This document shows, one piece after another, positions 8,765-17,900 of a DNA stretch of 64,000 nucleotides. Every line of letters begins with the position of its first letter. The stretch's first letter is position 1. The notes below the pieces were generated by a model. That model searched no databases. It saw nothing but the letters and a program-made list of their open reading frames with translations, and was not told the DNA's origin. The stretch comes from Hydrogenothermaceae bacterium. Lineage in GTDB: Bacteria > Aquificota > Aquificia > Aquificales > Hydrogenothermaceae. The stretch spans positions 25,640 through 89,639 of the forward strand of contig WFXI01000320.1 of assembly GCA_015490675.1 (NCBI GenBank), read 5' to 3'. Both the position numbers and the translations under genes were made by a program.

Positions 8765-8901
8765 TGAGGGAGTTTATCAGCTCCCGGATAAAAAAAGAAT
8801 AAGAAAAAAAGGAAGTCTAACCAAAGGCTTCCTTGAAAAGCAGGACTAACCTAAATCCTGCTAAAGCGGGAATGCCAACCTAAGCGTTCCTGCGACTCAC
8901 T
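8765..8901 (+). ncRNA. Candidate small RNA: leader cassette copy 7 followed by three hairpins sharing a YAACC(U/A)AA loop
   Basis: AAAAGTT 8750, TGAG 8765; hairpins at 8809-8834, 8839-8862 and 8866-8893; G-U pairs only on the + strand; no SD-led ORF. Confidence 0.55.
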
Positions 8902-8909
8902 TAAATTTA

Positions 8910-9043
8910 AAAAGTTAAGGAAGAAAAAGTTAAGTTAGTGAGGACAGCACAGCTGTCCAGTTGAAAAAAGAATAAGAAGAAAAAAGCAGTTTCCCTTTGA
9001 GTTTCTGATAAGCAGGGACTGAAAGGGAAGTTGCCAGCTTCCC
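8910..9043 (+). promoter_or_regulatory. Leader cassette copy 8 and structured 5' UTR of ssb
   Basis: AAAAGTT 8910 and 8925, TGAG 8939, hairpin GGACAGC/GCTGTCC; long G-U-rich hairpin at about 8986-9034. Confidence 0.65.
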
Positions 9044-9074
9044 AAAAAAATAATCTTTATTGGAGGTAAGTATT

Positions 9075-9962
9075 ATGGCAAAAACAGCAAACAAAACGGC
9101 AGAAGTAAAAACGGCAGTAGCAAGGAACATCAACATTAATAAGGTTGTTGTGACAGGCAGACTCACGGGAAACACGGAAAATGTAAAGTTAAAGGAAAAA
9201 AACAGATATGTTTGCAAAGGTTCTGTAGCAATAAACAGAACCTACAAGGGAGAAGAATATGTTTCATTCGTTGATTTCGAGATGTTTACTGACAATCCTA
9301 TTGAACTTAAAAAAGGACAGAAAGTTTATATTGAAGGTCGTGTGGTAAGCGACGAATGGGAAAATGACAAAGGAGAATTCAGAAGTAAGACAAAGATACA
9401 AGCATTCAGTATTATCCCTACAGAAATAAGCGGTAACGATATGAATGTAGTAATGATTTCGGGAAGATTGGTAAAAGACCCTGTTGTAGTAACCATTAAA
9501 GAAGGCAGGAGTGCTGTTAAGTTTAGATTAGCAGTTAATAGAAATTATCAGGTTGATAATGAGTGGAAACAGGTTACAGAATATATTGAAGTTAGCCACT
9601 TTGGTACTACCGAATACATAGCCAAGTTAGCCGCTCACTTGGCAAAAGGTAAGTTTGTTTACATTACAGGTAGTCTCCTACAAGAAAGGTGGACTACAGA
9701 AAATGGAGAGAATAGGTCAAGAGTTTCTGTAGTCGCCGAGACTATAAATCTCTCTTATGTAAACAGTAAGAAATCTGAAGAAACCACTACTGAAAATACT
9801 GAAAAAAATGTTAAAGAAAATGAAAAAAATCTTAAAAAATCCAAAAAAACTAAGGCTAAAAAGAAAGAAATATCAAAACCTGAAGTTGAAGTCGAAGTTG
9901 AAGATATTGAAAATGAAATAGAAGATATAGAAGAATTAGAAGATATTGAAACACCATTTTAG
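9075..9962 (+). CDS. ssb: Single-stranded DNA-binding protein with two tandem OB folds
   Basis: Two repeats (NKVVVTGRL...KGQKVYIEGR and NVVMISGRL...KGKFVYITGSL); acidic tail ending EDIETPF; GGAGGT SD before ATG 9075. Confidence 0.9.
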   Translation: MAKTANKTAEVKTAVARNININKVVVTGRLTGNTENVKLKEKNRYVCKGSVAINRTYKGEEYVSFVDFEMFTDNPIELKKGQKVYIEGRVVSDEWENDKGEFRSKTKIQAFSIIPTEISGNDMNVVMISGRLVKDPVVVTIKEGRSAVKFRLAVNRNYQVDNEWKQVTEYIEVSHFGTTEYIAKLAAHLAKGKFVYITGSLLQERWTTENGENRSRVSVVAETINLSYVNSKKSEETTTENTEKNVKENEKNLKKSKKTKAKKKEISKPEVEVEVEDIENEIEDIEELEDIETPF

Positions 9963-9970
9963 TTGCATAC

Positions 9971-10098
9971 AGGGAAGCCTCTGTGCTTCCCTCTTCTAAT
10001 AAGAACTTTTTTATAGAGTTTTTATTAGAAGGAAAAACTCTCTTCCTCCTTCTCCATTCGATTAGCAGGAAGGTCTTAAGGCCTTCCGTTATTTTTTT
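9971..10098 (+). terminator. Hairpin cluster after ssb ending in a probable intrinsic terminator
   Basis: AGGGAAGC/GCTTCCCT 9971-9992; inverted repeat 9993-10031; GGAAGGTC/GGCCTTCC 10068-10087 followed by a T-run. Confidence 0.55.
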
Positions 10099-10099
10099 A

Positions 10100-10240
10100 A
10101 AAAGTTTAAGAAGAAAAAATTATAGATATTGAGGGAGGCTAAAGCCTCCCAAATAAAAAGAAAAAGGAAAAAAAGAAAAAAAAGAAAAGAAGGGCAGCCT
10201 CGCTTTGCTCGGCTGCCTCTAAAAAATAAAAGGAGAAAAA
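10100..10240 (+). promoter_or_regulatory. Leader cassette copy 9
   Basis: AAAAGTT 10100, AAAAATT 10115, TGAG 10130, hairpin GGGAGGCT/AGCCTCCC, purine tract, second hairpin GGCAGCC/GGCTGCC, AGGAG. Confidence 0.65.
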
Positions 10241-10594
10241 ATGAAAAAAATAACCCTAGAACAGATTGATGAAATTTTAAAAAATAAAAATGTAAAGTTT
10301 ATAAAAATCGTTAAAAACGACCCTCCTTCAGAATATGGGTACGCTTATACCGAAATATTCTTTTTCAAAGAGAATGATTTTTTAATTGAAGAGCAAACAA
10401 ACTATATTCAAATAGATGAACCTACTACATACACAACAATAATGAAAAAAGAGAAAAATAAATCATTTAAAATCATAGAAACAAGAATAAATGGAAGTCT
10501 CTATTATGACCCTGAAGAAAAAGAAAACGATAAAGAAATACCTTCCTCCCTAGAAATAAAATATGAAACAATCCAGATAGAGAAAATAAAATAG
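10241..10594 (+). CDS. Hypothetical protein
   Basis: 117-aa ORF with SD. Confidence 0.6.
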   Translation: MKKITLEQIDEILKNKNVKFIKIVKNDPPSEYGYAYTEIFFFKENDFLIEEQTNYIQIDEPTTYTTIMKKEKNKSFKIIETRINGSLYYDPEEKENDKEIPSSLEIKYETIQIEKIK

Positions 10595-10714
10595 AGAAAA
10601 ATAAAAAAATTAAAATATAAAATTTCTAAAGTTTAAATTCGTAAGAATACCTAAAGACCCATCAAGCAAAAAACTCTTAAAAAGAAAATAAAATTTATCA
10701 CACTAACAACATAG

Positions 10715-11020
10715 TAAACTATATAATCACCAAATAACTATATATCTACCCATAGAATTTTCTGAAATATAATCAATTAACAAGCATATAGACATCCTAT
10801 AATAATCAAATAATTCACATACTATAATCAATTAATTGACATAATATAAACAATTAAGAAGCACATAATAAATAATTAATTACCACATATTAATCAATAA
10901 AAAAACATATCACAGCTAAATTCCAACCATATAACAGACAATTAATCAACATATAATTGCTATATAATCATCATAATATTAATCATAAAGTTACCAGATA
11001 TATATCAAAATTACATTCTA
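10715..11020. repeat. Degenerate ~22-bp direct repeats (CATA..ATAATCAATTAA-like), candidate parC centromere
   Basis: Recurrent (T)AATCAATTAA/CATAAT units in non-coding DNA directly upstream of the parM-like gene. Confidence 0.45.
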
Positions 11021-11119
11021 ATTAGAAACAAAAAACATACTGATTTACCAATTTTTAATTTAATTAAAAATTAAATATGATATGATATATAAAACATTAA
11101 AAAATTAAGAGGGAAAACT

Positions 11120-12094
11120 ATGGAGAAAAACATACTTATAGTAGACTTTGGCTTTGGATATACTAAAAGTATATTCAAACAGAAAAAAATAAAGATTCCT
11201 TCTCTAGTAAGTAACTATATTCCCAAAAAAGAGTCTTTAGTCTCCACAATACAAGTAACACCTATACAAATGGATGATTTATTTTACTTATTTGGAAATG
11301 ATGTAAACATTATAGAAAGTAAATTCAAAATTTATTCAAGAAATATAGACTTTATAATCAACTTTTACCCTTTAGCAATACAATCAAGCATTAGCAAAAT
11401 AGGAATCACTCCAGAAAAAATTGAATATTTAGCAATAGGATTACCTCCAGAAAATCTAAATCTTGAAAATGCAGAAAAACTAAAAGAAAGAATTACAAAT
11501 GTGAAAATAAATAAAAAAAGATTTCCGTGGACTAAAAGTAGAATCTTCATTTTTGCCCAAGGACAAGGAGCTTTTGTCGATGCAAAAAAACAACTAAAAA
11601 AAGAAATAAAAGCAGATTCGGGATTTCTACTAGATATAGGATACAATACATTACTAGCTATACCATTTAAAGAAGGAAAAATACTCCCCCAATACAAACA
11701 ATATGATAGATTTGGAGTATCTGGAATTATAGATGAATTTTTCAATCCATTAATCATATCCAAATATGAAATAAAGTTAGACAGAAACGAAATAAATGAA
11801 GTATTCAAAACAGGAATACTACATCTTGGACCTGGAAATAAAATTAATGTAGAAAATGAAATTAAAACAGCCGTTAAAATGTATATAACTGCAATACAAA
11901 GTCAACTAGAAGAAGACTTTAGAAAAGAAATACCTAAAGCTGAAAAATTCATAATAGCTGGAGGTGGAAGTTATAGAATAAAAGACCATTTAGACCCCTC
12001 ATGGAAAAAAATACTAAAAGTTATTGAAGAACCTGAATTCTCAAATGCAAGAGGATATCAAATAATGGCTCAAAACAGAATAAATTTAAACTGA
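11120..12094 (+). CDS. parM: Actin-like plasmid segregation ATPase (ParM/StbA family)
   Basis: IVDFGFGYTK, AIGLP, AQGQGA, LLDIGYNT, IAGGGS, PEFSNARG. Confidence 0.85.
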   Translation: MEKNILIVDFGFGYTKSIFKQKKIKIPSLVSNYIPKKESLVSTIQVTPIQMDDLFYLFGNDVNIIESKFKIYSRNIDFIINFYPLAIQSSISKIGITPEKIEYLAIGLPPENLNLENAEKLKERITNVKINKKRFPWTKSRIFIFAQGQGAFVDAKKQLKKEIKADSGFLLDIGYNTLLAIPFKEGKILPQYKQYDRFGVSGIIDEFFNPLIISKYEIKLDRNEINEVFKTGILHLGPGNKINVENEIKTAVKMYITAIQSQLEEDFRKEIPKAEKFIIAGGGSYRIKDHLDPSWKKILKVIEEPEFSNARGYQIMAQNRINLN

Positions 12095-12109
12095 TAATAG
12101 GAGTTTAAA

Positions 12110-12703
12110 ATGAACAAGTCTATAAACATAAGAGCTTTATATAAGAAAGAATTTATAGAAAGGACATTATCAACTATCCCATATTCTCCAGCAGACCTTA
12201 TAACTAAAAAAATAGTAGAAATGAAAGATGAAATAGAAATAGTAATAAAGACATTACTATTTGATCAGGAAATTAATGAAGAATTTTATAAAATAATTTG
12301 GAAAGAAATATTTGAAAGGAAAGAATCTAAAAAAAATAACAAAGAAACATATATAACAAAGTCTATATACTTTTCAAACCAAAATGTAAATCTAATTAAC
12401 ACAATATTCCCTTTAGGATTTAAAAGTATTTTCGTAGAAATGCCTTGGCTAATAAGGGGGTGGATAATAGAAGAAATTATAAAAAATAGTCTAAAGGAAG
12501 ATAATGTTTTCAAAAAAATAAAATATATAAAAGAGAGAGACAACAATACAAAAAATTCTATAGATAACAATAAACATCAAAAAGAAATACAACAAGCATC
12601 AAAAGAAAATCCTGTAAAAAATGATAAAACCTTAGAAGTAAAAAAAGATACTATGGAGGATGACCTTGACCAAGAAGATTTTAAAAACATTTTACAATTT
12701 TAA
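12110..12703 (+). CDS. Putative ParR-like centromere-binding adaptor
   Basis: Directly downstream of parM; low-complexity linker and acidic/hydrophobic C-terminal helix; positional inference. Confidence 0.45.
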   Translation: MNKSINIRALYKKEFIERTLSTIPYSPADLITKKIVEMKDEIEIVIKTLLFDQEINEEFYKIIWKEIFERKESKKNNKETYITKSIYFSNQNVNLINTIFPLGFKSIFVEMPWLIRGWIIEEIIKNSLKEDNVFKKIKYIKERDNNTKNSIDNNKHQKEIQQASKENPVKNDKTLEVKKDTMEDDLDQEDFKNILQF

Positions 12704-13094
12704 AAACAAGAAAAATGCATTTATAGACTTTGACATGCTCCAACTTATATTTTCTGGAGCTATAGTATTAATTGTAGTTTGGGCTGGATTAAAAATGTAC
12801 CAACTTTACAAAGAAGATAGAATTATAGAAACAGCTATCAAGGATATTGAAAATTTATCTTCTTTCTATAAAAAACAATTTCCAAATAGAAATAAAGAAA
12901 TAAATTTTGCAGAAAAACATATAAAATCCTTCATAAAAAATAATGGAAACAAAATAGTAAATTGCCTAAAAAAAGAAGACCCTATTATATGCATAAAAGC
13001 ATTTGGATTAGCTAAAGAAATTCCTATAAATAACAAAGAAGAATTAGGAAAAGCATTAAAAACCTTAGAGGAACTAAAATCTAAACTAAAATAG
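12660..13094 (+). CDS. Single-TM hypothetical protein
   Basis: Hydrophobic stretch LQLIFSGAIVLIVVWAGL; start uncertain. Confidence 0.5.
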   Translation: MTLTKKILKTFYNFKNKKNAFIDFDMLQLIFSGAIVLIVVWAGLKMYQLYKEDRIIETAIKDIENLSSFYKKQFPNRNKEINFAEKHIKSFIKNNGNKIVNCLKKEDPIICIKAFGLAKEIPINNKEELGKALKTLEELKSKLK

Positions 13095-13743
13095 GTCCTT
13101 CAACAGATTTAAAAAAAGTATCCAATTCCAAGTCAGATATCTTTACTTCAAAACTTAAAGAAGATATAAGTAAAAGATTTATAGATGGAAGTTTATCAAT
13201 AAAAGTATGCTTAGCCTCATGCAAAATATCATCTATTGCATCCACTAAAGAATAATCTACTCCATTATTAATAATTCCTTCTAAAGAAAATCCTGTAAAA
13301 AATACACATAATTTATCCGCTGCTGTCTTACTTATACTACCTTCCTCATTGTAAGATAAGAGTTTTTCAAGGAATTTTTCTAAATTCTTTTGTTTCTTTT
13401 GCCTTTCTCTATAAAGTTTAGAAGCAACTCTTCTATTAATCTTTTTTGTTATATTAGAATAATAAATTTTCAAACCTGGTTTGTCAGTATTTATACCTTT
13501 AAATTTATTTAACAAAAATAACATTTTATTTACAGGTATATAATCTCCATATCGTTTATAATGATTATAAGCAATTGTAAACATATAGTCTAAAATATAA
13601 TCATGATAATCCTCTTCCTTCTTCCACTTCTTAAAAATACTATTTGATAGAAGAACTAATTCATGTGTAGATAAAGATAAAGACTCTTTTACTCTCTTTA
13701 ACTCCTTCTCTATTTTATTTCTTTTTTGTCTTCTATTACTCAT
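13081..13743 (-). CDS. Hypothetical protein
   Basis: 220-aa ORF overlapping the stop of the upstream gene. Confidence 0.55.
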   Translation of the reverse strand: MSNRRQKRNKIEKELKRVKESLSLSTHELVLLSNSIFKKWKKEEDYHDYILDYMFTIAYNHYKRYGDYIPVNKMLFLLNKFKGINTDKPGLKIYYSNITKKINRRVASKLYRERQKKQKNLEKFLEKLLSYNEEGSISKTAADKLCVFFTGFSLEGIINNGVDYSLVDAIDDILHEAKHTFIDKLPSINLLLISSLSFEVKISDLELDTFFKSVEGPILV

Positions 13744-14101
13744 TTTCTTTATCTAATGATAAGGTTTCTAAACATCTTAAGTATATAGCTCTATATTCAC
13801 TATTAACTGCAGCTTCCAAAATTCCTTGAGTCCTAAAAATTTTTCCTTTTTTGCATTCTGTCTTACAATATGTGACAAATCTATCTTTTTCTAACTCTGT
13901 TAAAACAGACGCTTTTGATAAAGCTAATCGCAAATCATTAGCAGCTTTATCACAATCTATAGAAGCCATACACTTAACTAGAATTTTAGCAGTAGCATCA
14001 CAACTTCGCTTTACTGATTCCTCAGAAATATCTTGTGAAAAAGAAAAAGAAAACATAGTTAATATAAATGACCCTACAATAAATCTAAAAACATTATTCA
14101 T
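13736..14101 (-). CDS. Exported Cys-containing protein (entry-exclusion candidate by position)
   Basis: Signal peptide and six Cys; lies downstream of traG. Confidence 0.5.
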   Translation of the reverse strand: MNNVFRFIVGSFILTMFSFSFSQDISEESVKRSCDATAKILVKCMASIDCDKAANDLRLALSKASVLTELEKDRFVTYCKTECKKGKIFRTQGILEAAVNSEYRAIYLRCLETLSLDKENE

Positions 14102-14139
14102 TAGTAAAGCTCCTTATTAAATTTATAGTCATATTCTTT

Positions 14140-14850
14140 CTATCCCTCTAATAAAATTTTATGAATCTTGTTAACTTGAGCTACAAACATATCCTTAAAG
14201 GAATAAAATTTATTATCTTTCAAGGCTTTATTAAAAAACTCTAAATTAATATCTAAAACATAAAAAGGTTCAATTAAAGACATAAAATCTCTTCTAAAAC
14301 GTACTTTATTTTCATAACTTTTCTCAAAATCTCTAAATAAAAATAGAACAGTAAAGAAAAAAGAAAAAATAAAAAAGATCGCACCAAGTATAGAATAAAA
14401 CACATAATTATCAGAAACCCTATCCATCAAACTAAATACCTTATTTACAATAATAAATAACATAAAAGAAAACAAAATAAATATAAATAACAAAATCAAC
14501 TTTTTTAAAGAGAAAATATTAGCATTATCCCTTAAAGATTTAATCAAAGCTTTTCTTTGAAAAGTATAAATCTCATCAGAAAGTTCATCTTTTAAAAATG
14601 TATCTCCTAAAGAGCCAATAGAATGCACAAATCTTATTAAAGATGGATTACCTTTATACTTCTCATAATACGCTATATTTAAACCATAGACACTAACATC
14701 TAAACCAAGTTTAAAATCATCATAAATAATAGGAAATCCCATATCTAATTTTTTAAGTAAATTTTTCTTCCTATCTAAAGTAGATAAAGTTCTTTGTCTC
14801 TTTTTAAATTCATTAAATAACTTCTCAAAATAAAGTGTATTTTTATCCAA
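14140..14850 (-). CDS. Two-TM membrane protein (entry-exclusion candidate by position)
   Basis: Two hydrophobic segments; immediately follows traG. Confidence 0.5.
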   Translation of the reverse strand: MDKNTLYFEKLFNEFKKRQRTLSTLDRKKNLLKKLDMGFPIIYDDFKLGLDVSVYGLNIAYYEKYKGNPSLIRFVHSIGSLGDTFLKDELSDEIYTFQRKALIKSLRDNANIFSLKKLILLFIFILFSFMLFIIVNKVFSLMDRVSDNYVFYSILGAIFFIFSFFFTVLFLFRDFEKSYENKVRFRRDFMSLIEPFYVLDINLEFFNKALKDNKFYSFKDMFVAQVNKIHKILLEG

Positions 14851-14929
14851 TTTTATCTCTCCGTTCCAAAACTTATTACTTATGTAAAATCGACTATATA
14901 TATAAAATAGTCAAGTATATATTTTCATT

Positions 14930-17900
14930 TTATTTATATACACCTTCCATAAAGAAATCTAAAATTCTACTTTGACCACTTGAATTTTTATCTGGATGAA
15001 CAAGAGTTTCTTTATTTCCAGCCAAATAAGCAACATATTTATCATGTTCTTTTGAAGTCTTATCTTTCAAAATCCTATCATATGCATTACGTGCTTGATT
15101 TAAATCTATATTACCATTTGAGTCAGTAAATTCTTGCCCATGTTCATTTAGATAAGAATAAAATCCATCCCCATACCTTGCAATAAATTCCAACACACTT
15201 CCTTCAGTATAACCCAGTTCCATACCAACTCTATCAAACATCGTCCGACCTCCTATCACAACCTGCCCCTCAAATTTATTTCCTGCATTTGCACCGTAAT
15301 AAGCTGATATATTCTTAGACAGTTTTTCTATATGATTAGCTGCATCATTTTCTGTTCGATAAGAAAGGATAGGTTCTAAAGCTCTCTCTGTTAAACTCTT
15401 TCCAGTAAAAACTTCCGTAACTACATCTGCTCCTAAATAAGCCCAACCTAGAGGAGAAGATAACCTAGATAGTCCAGCAACTATTTTACCTCCTGTCCTA
15501 GCAAAAGCACCTTTTGCTCCTCCTGAAGCCTCTGTAAATATTTTCGCTCCTTCTGGGCTAATCGATTCTAAATGTTTAATTGTTTCTTGATAAGCTTTAT
15601 TAAATTCTTCTCTTGTTAAAAACCCTTCTCCTATTAATTTATTATCAATAAAGTCAGCTAGCTTTCTACTAGCATCAATATTATTAGGATTATCTCTAAC
15701 TTGTTCTACCAAATCTAATAAATTTTCCCTAAGATTTAAAGGAACATGATTATTAGCTAATATTCTGTCAATATTCCCTACTAAATGTTTTAAACCATCT
15801 GCAACAACCATATTAGCTCTACTCATTCTAGAAAATACTCTTTCTCTAACATCGAACCCCTTATCAAATAAATTGGTGAAATCATCTCTCGTTAACCTTT
15901 CTAAAAGAGCTCCCCTCTGCTTTGGATCACTAACATCAAAGGAAGAAATATTTTTTCTTTCATCCAAAAGTTTATTCCTTCTATTATAAAGATCTTGTCT
16001 TTTTCTTTCTTCTAAATTTGCATTTTTCAATTCACTATCTATACGACTAATTTCATCATCTATAGCCTCTAAAGCAGTATTCTTAGCAGCTTCCATAAAT
16101 CTTCTTTCAGCCCTATCTAAAGTAGGAGAAATAGATCCACTCCTTATTTTATCAATACTATCCAAACCTTTAAACCATTCTTTTGCAGCATCACCAAATT
16201 TATCTAATAAAAAAGCTCCAGCGGCTATAGCTCCTATTTTATTTAAACTATTTAAAGAAGATAAGAAATGACCACCTTCCTTAAGTGCTTGATATATATT
16301 GTTTGCATCTTTCTCTGTAATACCCAAAGGTTTACCAACTTCTTCAATAAATTTAGAAAATTCAAACATTGCTTTAGCTTGTGCAACATCCATCTTACCT
16401 TTTTCTGCCATATATTTAGCTAACTCGTCTGTATTCCCTCCAGCTTGCTCAAATTTTCCTAAAGCAACCGCTACTTCAGAAATCCTACCAGCTTTAAATG
16501 ATTCCCTTAATTTATCTCCGAAATAGTGTAAAGCTGATATCTTACCCTCTTCACCAAAAGCTTCAAATTTTCCTAAATTGCCAGAAGCCTTAGCTAAAGC
16601 TTCCATATCTGACATACCTTGTTGTTTGTAATAATTAATTAATTCATCCATAATAGCTTGTGTTTTTTGAGCATCACTATAATCTCTTTTCATTAATATG
16701 TCTGAGTATTTATCTATACCTTTTTTATAATCTCCATTTCCTAAAGCTTTCATTAAATCCTTATTTTTAATTCCTTCAACTATATCCCTAAAAAAGTTCC
16801 CTGCTGTTTTATCCTTAACCATTTGCTTAACATTCTCAAGTCCTAACTTTTTGGTTGCAAGAATTAAACCTTCTTTTGCACTAGCATCTAAAGAACCTTC
16901 TAATTGAGCCATCCTGGTAAGTTTATTAAGAAAATCCTCATTATTTTCTGCACCAGCAATATCATTAGCAAAAGCATCCCACTTAGCATTTTCATACATT
17001 TCTTTCTCTGCAGAATTTTTACCAAAAATACTACCCATTTTTGCTATTACTTCAAAATCAGATAAATTCTTAGAAGAGTCTCCTAAAAATTTCCTACCTA
17101 GATTTGCAAGTTCCTTTGTATTGCTAAAATTTCTAGAATACTTATATCCTGACCACTCCTTCCACATCTGCAATGCTTTTTCAAAGTTATTTCCAGAAAG
17201 TTCCATTAAAGCAGAAAGATCTCCTTTTTTCTCTACAGCATGAAGTAAATTCATAGCAGCTTGTCCTTGTCCAGACAAAACTGCAGACTTCAACAAAGCT
17301 TCTTCATCAGACAGACCTAACTTCTTAAAATAAGACATAAATTCTCCAAGCTTGGCATTTGAACTTCCTAAATTAAACAACTCAGATTTGTTTAAATAAT
17401 CTTGATATGCATTAATTTCATCCTGAGATAATTTACCATCTTTATTACCAAAAACACTATCTATAGCATGTAAATAAGCACGAGCCTCTGATACATTCTT
17501 TATTCCATGAGCCTTTGCCATTTTGGATATATAAGAATCAATATCTCCGTTGAACTGAGAGATTTCTTGTCTAAACTGCTTACTTTGTAATAAATTCCTT
17601 ACCCCTTTTGCTGTCCCTATATCTATAGAATCTACACCTGTATATGTATTATTTTCTGATAAACTTTGAAGAGTGCTTTGATAAGCTGAATTGGGTATAC
17701 CCTGCACATATCCCATACCAAAATCTCTATTAGCTGCATTATATCCATATTTTTCCATAGCATTTATCAATACATTATCTGCAGCCTCATTGAAAGCTTT
17801 ATTAGCCCCAAACATACTTACTTCCCTAGAATGTCCCATCATAGATCCAGCTCCTTGAGGAGAAGCAACTTGACCTGAAACAGATGATGATCCAGATGAA

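Noticed and set aside
9993-10031. dif/Xer recombination site
   Set aside because: The inverted repeat does not match XerC/XerD arm consensus or the 11-6-11 layout
1118-10150. Cassette hairpins as ordinary intrinsic terminators
   Set aside because: No U-tract follows them on the + strand and they sit at a fixed distance from conserved boxes just before SDs; a terminator role for antisense transcription is not fully excluded
1089-10240. Integron attC cassette array (GTTAAAT/GTTAAGT resemble GTTRRRY)
   Set aside because: No matching RYYYAAC inverse cores or attC-type folds, and no integrase in the window
12660-13094. Type IV pilin-like protein
   Set aside because: No G/F-x-x-x-E prepilin motif and no type IV pilus assembly genes
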